The notes beneath the pieces were generated by a model. The model was not told the DNA's origin. It did not search any database and saw only the letters and a list, made by a program, of their open reading frames with translations. A program made the translations under genes and the position numbers. DNA of 64,000 bases from Perkinsus chesapeaki ATCC PRA-425 (Eukaryota; Protista; Perkinsozoa). The stretch covers positions 1 through 64,000 of the forward strand of contig JAAPAO010000113.1 in the NCBI GenBank assembly GCA_013115145.1, read 5' to 3'. Below, piece by piece: positions 50,201 through 59,949 of the stretch; within the stretch, counting starts at the first letter, position 1, and each line of letters opens with the position of its first letter.

Positions 50201-50657
50201 ATGGATCCCTCTCGGGCACAAGGTCCCATGTTATGACTCTGTACTGATTCCGGCAGGTCAGTTGGTATGGTGGTGTACGAGCTGGCTACCGGGCGATATC
50301 CATTCAGCTCTATCAACTCCTTCCCAGCGCTTTTTGATTGGCTATGCAACAAAGACCCGCCGAGTCTTGACTCACATTTGTGATACATCCTCTTTACCAT
50401 CACCTTCAGCGCCACTCTCAGGTTTTCCCCCGAACTGTGCGAATTTGTCTCGCAGACTTTGGTGAAGGACCCGGGCTCCCGAGCGAGCGCAGATGATCTA
50501 CTGAAAGGATCCTGGCTGGGCCCAATCGCATCAGTAAGGCAAAACTCAAGAAAGGTCGTCATGCGATTCTCATTAGGGCGATCACGAAGCTGTGAGACGC
50601 GAATTGAGCGAATGGATGGCTTCGATTCTATCAAGTGGGGATACAACACATTTATAG
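47250..50657 (+). CDS. MAP kinase kinase (STE7/MEK family); ~11 exons, first exons uncertain
   Basis: ILGRGACGIV, AIK, VALELMDRGSL, HRDIKPGNIL, VKLTDFGIAKNLNTTVGLCNTFVGTATYMSPER, ADIWSVG, ELATGRYPF. Candidate docking motif MPRRPLLVL. Stop TAG at 50655-50657. Confidence 0.92.
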
Positions 50658-51438
50658 TTGTTCCCGACGACAGGCGCAGCGAATTTTGTGCCAAAGCAGC
50701 CCAATTACCCCTTATTGCGTTTTCTATTATTAATTTAACCGTATTATTGTAAGTCTATATTTTTGAGTGCGCGGTTCCTCTGGCGTGGTTTTGGAGTGCC
50801 AACTAAAGTTGTGTCGCCTTAACACATGGTTTAGTCTTGTGTTTGACGCGGCCTACGAGAGCGGGCTGGGGATCGTGGCTGGAAAGTTGGTAACAGCATC
50901 TGCATGGAGGGTAAATGAATTATAGCTCCCTCGGCCACAGCAGCAATGTGAAGCGCTATATTCGAATTTTATGGACTACTATATAAAAAATAGAAGCATT
51001 AAATATTAGTATTATAAAGGAAATTGTATAGATACGTGAATTGAAGTATGTAGTAATATATTAATAATAGCGCAAATTAGAAATATGAGAGCAGATCGAT
51101 CCGGAAAATCGAATTAGCATGAGAGCATTGCAATGAAGATACATTCAGCAAAGGGAAGGGGATGAGGGGCGTGACGATATGATTTTTCGGCTTCACGTGC
51201 CGCCAACATGTCCGCAAACACCTTATTTTGAGGAACTTCCTGAGAGTATCTCGGAGACTTAACTCAAGCTCGTCGTAGGAAAAGGTTTGGACTAGGGCGA
51301 ATGCCTTAACTTGCCTAGACACCTCAAAAATCGGGCATATTTTTATTAGGCTTTATTATCATCACGTTATAATTTACTTATTAGGGATTGTAGGCCTGAT
51401 AGGGTGTTATTTGTGGAAGTAGGAAGTGCTGTTTTCGG

Positions 51439-51990
51439 GTGGATGGTGACCTTGCAAAGTTGTTGCCTTCCGTGGGACCCATAATGCTTTCACTGCCTTT
51501 GGCATCGCGGAAGGACTCACTTGATCCGGAATTATGCGACAATCCAATCGAGAGCGACGAGGATACCGGCAAACTAGCTGAATCTGATGAAGAGCGGATA
51601 CGTGTTGCTCACAAGAATGCAATTAGGAACAATCGAGCAGTATCATCAGATTGCACCGAGTCAACCGAGGTGCGCCGGCGGTTATCTGATAAATCAGTGT
51701 TGTTCCACAACTCAACGGGAGTCTCCTTTTACAGTGCGGAAACTCCTGGTAGGACTGTCCTTAGCACGAGCATGCCTACTAAAACGTTCGATGGAAAGTC
51801 GGAATCGGTACATGTCGAAAGACGACGATGCCTTTCTGAGGACATACAAGAACTGCTGCGTGCGACAAAGAGAATGACGGTACCTCGGAGTCATGATGCT
51901 TCGATTCGAGTATCTCCTAGAGCGAAGATCTACGATCCTGCTATGGCGCTGAGGCATGCGGTAGAGAGGATGAGACGTTATAGCGAGTAA
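51439..51990 (+). CDS. Hypothetical protein, terminal exon (upstream exons unresolved)
   Basis: 183-codon open frame of charged/Ser-rich composition with no recognisable domain. Confidence 0.4.
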   Translation: MDGDLAKLLPSVGPIMLSLPLASRKDSLDPELCDNPIESDEDTGKLAESDEERIRVAHKNAIRNNRAVSSDCTESTEVRRRLSDKSVLFHNSTGVSFYSAETPGRTVLSTSMPTKTFDGKSESVHVERRRCLSEDIQELLRATKRMTVPRSHDASIRVSPRAKIYDPAMALRHAVERMRRYSE

Positions 51991-52612
51991 AAGATTTGTA
52001 AGTTCTGCGATATACACATTGTTGATTCGATCTTGTACACTTTACTATTTCATAAACTAGTCGGCTCGCATAATTCGTATCCTTGTTAGCCGCAATCTGA
52101 TGATAAATATGAATAAGGCATAATGTTAGAAGTTCCTTAGAATAATTGTCCAGTCGAAGTGCAGCACTGTGTCGAGTTGACATCTTCGTTTTGGCAAACT
52201 TAAGTCACTTAGCGCAAGGGGATTAGGTTCGGCCCGCATATGGGCTTAGTTTGATAGTAATGAAGAATCGGGAGATATTAACTGTACGGGACGACTTTCA
52301 GTAGTAACTGAAAACCCGTAGAGGATCTAGGCTTAGGGGTTGTTCTAGATGATGGTGTGGCGTCGTTAGACGGATGAGGTGTAGAGGGAGTTGAGTCACT
52401 TATCGAATCATGAGGGATCGCGGCCAAAACCGAGATAGCTCTACATCGCATTTAGTTCAGAACTCGTGAACAAGAACTCTAGAGCAGGTATGACAGTTTC
52501 AGGCCTTGTCCTCCCCGGACGGCACACAAGTATTTTAGGGCGCAGCGCTATCATTGATTAGCGGAGCGAAGCGTTTCATGAATATCGTTTTTGTGATTTA
52601 GCTGGTTACTTG

Positions 52613-55600
52613 ATGAGTGTCGACTCTTCCTCCTCCTCTGCTGGTACTACCTTTGCTTTATGGAACTTGATTATACGGCCACCAAGGCGAGAATATGATG
52701 TCGATTCTTTGGGACCGAAAAGATTCAAACTGCATGGTAAGTAAAGAAACAGCTAGAATCTATGTGGACGGGAATGGAGTGATGGAAAACTGTTCAGATG
52801 ATATGACATGCCGAATTTAATTGGTTGATCTTGTATGATCAATGTTAATAGTATAGCGGCTTCTGAGCAACTGGTGTTCTTTGGAATCCTTTTATTAGGG
52901 GATCTTGAGATAATGAAATGATCGGAAATTGAGAAGTGACTCTTATTAATTTACTGCAAGGCTGGCCCTGCATTGGCAGTATAAATATAAAATACAAATT
53001 TCACCCATTATTAAGTATTATACTTATTATATTCCTGATCGTAATACTGTTATGTCGCTATTCGACAAATACGTCACTTTCTGTTGGTCGACATTTTTGC
53101 ATGTACTCTTATGAGCTTTTATTTTACTCCTACTAGACTGGTCAAGTCCGCCAAACGATATGCTAATAAAATAATATATTTAGATGACGATGGCTCCTCC
53201 TTCTCAGGCGTTACCTGTCAACGAGATGATTTCACCGTGGAATCCGCTCGAGATCATCGTCTTTGTTGCTCCTTATTTGTCCCTCGAGGGTTGAGGGATG
53301 ATAACGTCTCCTATCCCTGCGTGGTTTATATGCACGGAAATGCAGGCTGTCGATTGGAGGCGCTGCCGTTGGTAGGATTTGAACCGGGGGCCTTCTGATT
53401 GGAAGGCAGGTCCCTCTCCTCCTTCCGCTGGGGATCGCGCTATGTTGCTTTGACTTTGCTGGTTGTGGTCTATCGGATGGGGAATACGTATCGTTGGGGT
53501 ATTATGAATGTGAAGATCTTCACAGCGTGGTGGAGCATTTGAGGAAGCTGCCGAGTGTTGGCGTTATTGCACTTTGGGGAAGGTAATGATGAGGGGATAG
53601 GAGTAAAGGGAAATGGAATGAATAGAATAGCTTATTATTATTGAGTATTAGCCCTGTAATAATCTAATACTTATCTCACTGAACAAGCTATCATATAAGC
53701 TTAGTCCTTCACCGTTTTTGATCTGGAAGTGCTTACATTGTTATGACCAAAGCTATGTCTAGGCGACCGTCATGCTACTGTATAATACCGGGGTCCTTAT
53801 TTGGCAGCTTTGTCCGAAGGTTTAATGAACGCGATCAATCTCCGGCAATCGGCTTGGTTGGTGATGATACAGTACCATACAATATCACTCCCTGGTCGGG
53901 TGGTGGAAGATGCACTAAAACCCGTATTCTTAAGCTTCATTAGAAATATTGCTGTGTTGTCTGCATACGGAAGTTTCGGAATGGGAATAGCAGATCAACA
54001 AGACAGCAATGGCCATATCGATTCTCAGATCAATGGGAGCGGTGACGGCGTTGCTGTACGCATCTACTCATCATGACCTTGCTGGCGTCGTCGTCGACTC
54101 CCCATTTTCTAATTTGGTGAAGTTAATACAGGAATTGGCAGTATCGGAATATGTTGGCTTGAAGGTAGCATTATCCTCAATACGGGCAGGTGTTCATTTG
54201 GTTCCGTCCTACTTGAATTGATGGCACACAGAGGACGCTTATGAAATATTTTATAGAAAAGGATTGAGCCTCGAATAGAAAACCCGAAACCCGAAAACCC
54301 GAATGTAGAACATCTTGCTAGTTTGAAAAGCGTTACACTTCGAGGCTTCTCCAACGCTTCCGACGGCAATGCACTCGCGTGACTTATTATATATCTCCGA
54401 TAGACGAAAGTGAACACGACAAACCCCTCCCCTGCTCGAGGGCCGTGTGTTTAGGTGCCAAGTTGGTTGCTTAACGGTATGTTATCAGTAGTGTCGATGA
54501 TTGTGAAGCAAAAGGCGGATTTCGATGTCTATGATGTGTCACCAATCGACTGTGTGAAGGAGGTGAATGATGATGGTGGTGGGTTGATATGGTTCTACTG
54601 GCTACGGGATTGGATTTGATGGCATTTCGAATGGGTAAAGTTATCTGAATAGCTGTTGTCGCGGATTAATTGACCTTTTATAATGAAATAGTATTCTTAA
54701 CAATTGATAAGCACCAAATAATGGATATTACTAAATTATTTGACTATATCAAACTGCATTTACTGCATCAGTTCGTCCGCTCTATCAGGCTCATCTTCCA
54801 TGCATATTTCTATGCGCATCGTCGGATACATTTGTACCACCACATCACTCGAGAGAGCTCTATGATGGCTATGGTGGAGAGGATAAAGTGATGATACAAC
54901 TCGTGGGAGATCATAACACACCGAGGAGATTGGAGGATATGAAGCATGCTGCGACGTATCTTTGCACGTGCGAAAGATTCATAATAGGTCGACTTGATGA
55001 CCATTGATCGATTTAGGTGTTTTCTTACTGGTGTGTCATTTCGTGATTGTGCAGAGACGTTGGGATGGAGTGAAGAAGCGGGGTTGGCGTCGAATACGTG
55101 GATGGCTCTGGAGCAGCAGCAGCCGATAGACGAACCATTTGCATCTGCCTGTGAAGCTTGTAAGGCCCTCTGCGAGTAAGGGATCGGTTTCTGATGAATT
55201 TCAATTTGAATCTGAAATCTCCAGGTGGGAAGACTGCAGGGTGCAAAGATGTCGATTAATGCAACGAGATGACGGTTCGATTCCGTCGACCATATACGCA
55301 TCATTGCAACTACCTTCGAAGAGAGGGGGTGGAGGACTTTGTGTGGTGAGACACAAAATGGCAAATAATAATCGCTTCGCTCCGCTAGACTGAATTTCAT
55401 TGACTACTTTGCTCCGCTTGATTTTTGTTAGGTTTTGAGAGGGAAGTCTGGAGGAATGAAGACTTTGTTTTGTCTGATTATTCCTCATCACGAGCGGAGC
55501 GATGCAGGCTTCGACGATTGTCAACAGCTTTATCTTTTAGAGAAAGATACCAATTCCGTAGGCATTCGTGAAATAGCGCACGCTGAGTTGCGCACTGTGA

Positions 55601-56220
55601 AGATTCCTGAAGATTCTTCCACCGAGGTGGGGCATGTTCAACTGGAAGTGTATTGATGAGCATTTCAGTTGGGATACAGTGGATGCCCTCAACCACTGTT
55701 GGTTTGTCTAGCATGGTCCCCTCTACCAGAGGGCTGTTGCACTTTGAGCCTCCTGATTGATGGCTCACCACTGGTCTCTTGTGAGAGAGCAGATGACATT
55801 CAAGCAACCCGAGCGACGTGCTGGTCATTTGTGGTGAGTTGCGCATGCGTGCAAATATGAAATCGGTCAAGTTTGTAGGTTAATGAGTGTATAGACGATT
55901 TGTGTCGATGTTGTGTCTGTCTTGATATGGCCTTCAGACCATATGAAGAGGGGGAGCGATGGCAAGACGACGACGATACTGGTGCAGGAGGGCAAGCGAA
56001 TTCGATAAGAGATAGCGAACAGCTCATTGGTGACGAGCTGCTTCTTTGTGAAATTGCGAGCGAAGCGAGGGCGGAGCGAAGCAGGAAGTTCATTACCGTT
56101 GCTGAGACCCCGTCGACCAGCGGTTCGCGAAGTGGCGTATCGTTCGAGGAGGAGGACTTCCCTGAGATTGAATCAGTCGATATGCGAATGAATACGAATC
56201 AGTGTTGTATCGTCATGTGA
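52613..56220 (+). CDS. Alpha/beta hydrolase (ABHD/YqkD-like serine hydrolase) with long C-terminal extension, probably ending in CaaX
   Basis: LIIRPPRREY..LG; YMHGNAGCRLEA; FDFAGCGLSDGEYVSLGYYE; nucleophile WGR|SMG; VVDSPF; catalytic SDTFV and GDHNTPR. The last exon ends NQCCIVM*; its linkage to this gene is inferred. Confidence 0.85.
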
Positions 56221-56307
56221 ATGTTTTGTATCCCCATTAGCATTTAGTCGTTGACTTCGTTGTTGTGTGTATTCCATCGGCATGAATCTGGTGAGTGTTT
56301 CGACCCC

Positions 56308-56786
56308 GAATTCGGTGATGAGTTTTCGGAGAGGGTTTTCCAGTTGAGCTATAGGAAAACGCTTATTTCGGCGGGTGGGGAGAGCGACAGTTATATAGAC
56401 GAAATAATAATGAATCTTCAATAAGTATTGTGTACGGTGCAGTTGTGAAAGCGTATGCATTTCCAGTGGTATAAATCGATATGAGGTAATGAGGCCTCTG
56501 AGCCTCTATCGTTCGTATTTCCCCAATGCGAGGAGTTTAACGAAAATAATTTTGAAAGTTTGGATAATATTAAATTACTATTTATAATATATTTTCTGAG
56601 ATTTCGTTGCGTGTGCTGGGGAAGAGTAAAAGAGACTAACAACTGTTGTGTCATAGGAAATAAGTCCGAAGATGCCTAGTTGAAAGAGTCTATACTAGAG
56701 ATGACATACTAGTTATTTTTCGAGCATAGTTTAACAGACTCTAGCAACGCCGCGGTTTGAAGCCCTGAAAACTCGTCACCAAGTTC
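56308..56786. mobile_element. MITE-like non-autonomous element with ~22-bp imperfect terminal inverted repeats
   Basis: 56308-56329 gaattcggtgatgagttttcgg matches the reverse complement of 56764-56786 at 18/22, all transitions. The interior is AT-rich. A third TIR-like copy lies at 44443-44466. No clear TSD. Confidence 0.4.
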
Positions 56787-56998
56787 CCACAGGAAGACAC
56801 TGTTTGATTCTCCAGGATGTGAAAATCGCTATTTAGACATCTAAAATAGGAAAGATATTTCAGCAATGCTATAGGTTCATCGCTTATTTCCAGGGGAACT
56901 TTGCATACATAACGGCGCGCTCATTTTGTTTAGCATTGAGTTCTTATTCAGTTGTTGTTGTTCACTACCCTGTTTTTCTTCTTCCTCTACTACTGGCT

Positions 56999-57997
56999 AT
57001 GAATATTCTGGGCTACTCGTTAAGCGAAGTTGCGATTATCTTCGCTAATTTCACATGCAATGTTGCATTGGTAAACTCAGTGAAGTATATCCAATATACA
57101 TTACATTATCCATATCCACTTCTAATAAGTGCAATGCATATGATATTTTCATGGCTAGCATGTGGTATATATGTTAAATTTAATGTACCTGCATTAAGAG
57201 AATATACATTTGTACGTTATATGAAAGAAGTATTTCCAGTAGCTGGTATGGCTAGTTTAAGTATTGGTTGCGGTAATATGGCACTTAAATATATATTCCC
57301 ATCATTTCATGAATTATTACAACAAACAAGTCCAGCAGCACAAGTATTGGTATGCGTACTTATTTATCATCAAAAATATAATCTACCAACATATCTATCA
57401 ATGATACCTATCTGTGGTGGTGCTATTATGTGTTCTGGTGGCGAGGTTAACTTTAATGCCATTGGTGTATTCTTCTCTATCTCCACTGTCATTACCAGAG
57501 CCCTCAAGAACACTATGCAATCTCGATTAATGACTACCTCATTTACCAGCATCGAACTACTTTACGTGCTTGCTCCTGCAAACCTGTTCTTCTTCCTCAC
57601 CGGCTCATTTATCTTTGAGGGCGTCTTTGAGCCTGTCAGACAGCTCATCTCCACACCACACGCTCTGGTGGCAGTGCTAATATCTGCGCTCCTTGCGTGC
57701 ACTTACAATCTGTTGGCCTTCAAGATGTTGCAAGTTCTGTCACCAGTAGGCGCTATGGTTGTACACACCCTCAAGACGCCAGCAACTTTGGTGGTCTCCA
57801 CTCTTTTATTTGGTAATAAAATCGGTTTCTTGCAGGTGGTCGGTTTTGTTATCATCACTGTTGGTGTTTATTACTACAAGAATTACGGTAAAGAGATCAA
57901 GCCCGATGATTACCAAAAAATCAACTACAAGACCGGAGGCGATCCTGACGAGTTCGACCTTGAAATGGCGGACCGTAGGGAGTCTCCTCGGAACTAA
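56999..57997 (+). CDS. Triose-phosphate/nucleotide-sugar transporter (TPT/SLC35E-like DMT), copy 1, intronless
   Basis: 332 aa, multipass. KY..YTLHYPYPLLISAMHM, GNMALKY, CSGGEVNFNAIG, YNLLAF..LQVLSP...VVHTLKT. Confidence 0.92.
   Translation: MNILGYSLSEVAIIFANFTCNVALVNSVKYIQYTLHYPYPLLISAMHMIFSWLACGIYVKFNVPALREYTFVRYMKEVFPVAGMASLSIGCGNMALKYIFPSFHELLQQTSPAAQVLVCVLIYHQKYNLPTYLSMIPICGGAIMCSGGEVNFNAIGVFFSISTVITRALKNTMQSRLMTTSFTSIELLYVLAPANLFFFLTGSFIFEGVFEPVRQLISTPHALVAVLISALLACTYNLLAFKMLQVLSPVGAMVVHTLKTPATLVVSTLLFGNKIGFLQVVGFVIITVGVYYYKNYGKEIKPDDYQKINYKTGGDPDEFDLEMADRRESPRN
57066..57481. repeat. 416-bp block 100% identical to 58867..59282
   Basis: Line-by-line comparison at offset 1801 shows no mismatch. 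The flanks are diverged. Confidence 0.95.
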
Positions 57998-58799
57998 AGC
58001 GCCACTGCAATCATCCGTTCTCGTTTGCTGCCGCTCTGTAAATAGTCTATTCTACCGTAATGCAACGTTGCCCTGCTGTAGCTCCGGCAACGAAGCATGT
58101 GATGGTTACGATTGTTGTCGCAAAGGTTGTTGCGCACACGTGCAAGTTTAGAATAAGATTTGTAGCTTATATCCTTTGGAAAGTATCGGTATGCTGTCGT
58201 TGTTGGTACCAATAATATTTCTCTACTATAATGATATGATTTTTGTTATCATCGGCATCAGTATCGGTGAAAGTCACCAGCGAGGGCGCAACAAGAGGCT
58301 AGCTTCGGTAGCGGGGTGCTTATTCGGGTACCGTTCATCGGAGGGGGACAGAGTTTGTGTCGGTTTTATCATGAAGAGGTGTGATGGGAAGTACGGATAG
58401 CACAAATGAGTTGGAGTGGTCCGAAAAATTGTTAAAAGAATGCAATTCTCGGCTCCTGAGCAAAGTGCGCAAACTGCTACTTGGTCGTTGCTCGAGCACC
58501 GTATTTAATTCCAGTGCAAAAAAGGAAATGACCTCTACTGCGTGTGGAGCGCTGTGGTTTTGTGGAGCATGTTCCGAGGCTCCGGTTGCGGCTAGACGGA
58601 TGGTGTTGAAGGTAGACCTCCGAGACTAGGGGCTCTGGGAGAACATTGAAAACGCACTAATTTTCAAAGCTTGACGTTGCGCGACAGGTGGTAGTGGATT
58701 TGTCCAAGTTAGGTGGATGAGCTTGTCGTGGGGCTAACTGATTATACTCGAAATGCATGCGACGTTCGATGGTGTGTTGTCAGTTTTAATATTATTATT

Positions 58800-59831
58800 A
58801 TGGTGGTCCTTGGTTACACTGTTGCCGAGCTTGGAATCATTCTAGCATGCTTCACATGTAACTTATCATTGGTAAACTCAGTGAAGTATATCCAATATAC
58901 ATTACATTATCCATATCCACTTCTAATAAGTGCAATGCATATGATATTTTCATGGCTAGCATGTGGTATATATGTTAAATTTAATGTACCTGCATTAAGA
59001 GAATATACATTTGTACGTTATATGAAAGAAGTATTTCCAGTAGCTGGTATGGCTAGTTTAAGTATTGGTTGCGGTAATATGGCACTTAAATATATATTCC
59101 CATCATTTCATGAATTATTACAACAAACAAGTCCAGCAGCACAAGTATTGGTATGCGTACTTATTTATCATCAAAAATATAATCTACCAACATATCTATC
59201 AATGATACCTATCTGTGGTGGTGCTATTATGTGTTCTGGTGGCGAGGTTAACTTTAATGCCATTGGTGTATTCTTCTCTATCGGTGCGGTTATTACACGC
59301 GCTTTGAAGAACACTATGCAAGCCCACCTTATGACGGTATCTTTCTCCACCATAGAGCTCCTCTTCGTCCTTGCTCCAGCAAATCTTTTCTTCTTCATGG
59401 CCGCCTCGATAATATCTGAGGGCCCAATCGAGCCGATAGGGAATCTCTTGAAGTCGCCCGGTGCATTTATCGCTGTTATCGCCTCGTCAGTGCTGGCCTG
59501 TTCGTATAACTTATTGGCATTCAAAATGCTGCAGGTCTTATCGCCTGTCGGGGCGATGGTTGTTCACACGTTAAAGACACCGGCAATGCTGCTCATATCC
59601 TTCATGCTATTTGGTAACCAAATTGGTATTATGCAAATTATAGGGTTTATTGTTATTACTGTTGGCGTTCATTATTATAAGAAGTATGGGAAGGAAATTA
59701 AAGATGATGATTATGTTGTCGTCGGCAGCAGCAGTCCGAAGGGCAAGAGGGAGCTCGATGAGTTCGACCTGGAAGGCAATCACGATGCGGAAGTTAAATC
59801 TGTTTCCAGCGACCTAGACGACAGTATCTGA
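58800..59831 (+). CDS. Triose-phosphate/nucleotide-sugar transporter, copy 2, intronless
   Basis: 343 aa with the same motifs as copy 1 and an acidic DEFDLE cytosolic tail. Confidence 0.92.
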   Translation: MVVLGYTVAELGIILACFTCNLSLVNSVKYIQYTLHYPYPLLISAMHMIFSWLACGIYVKFNVPALREYTFVRYMKEVFPVAGMASLSIGCGNMALKYIFPSFHELLQQTSPAAQVLVCVLIYHQKYNLPTYLSMIPICGGAIMCSGGEVNFNAIGVFFSIGAVITRALKNTMQAHLMTVSFSTIELLFVLAPANLFFFMAASIISEGPIEPIGNLLKSPGAFIAVIASSVLACSYNLLAFKMLQVLSPVGAMVVHTLKTPAMLLISFMLFGNQIGIMQIIGFIVITVGVHYYKKYGKEIKDDDYVVVGSSSPKGKRELDEFDLEGNHDAEVKSVSSDLDDSI

Positions 59832-59949
59832 GAGCAAGGTTCTTTCGACTCGTATTATTTCTACAACTGACGATGTAAACTGCCCAGTTGATGTTAGCGG
59901 CAGCCATTAGCTTATCTGCAGTAGGATATGATAGTCTTGGGTTTATAAG

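Noticed and set aside
58240-58630. Gene or Penelope-like fragment between the transporters
   Set aside because: Only a vague IRVPFIG resemblance, with stops in all frames.
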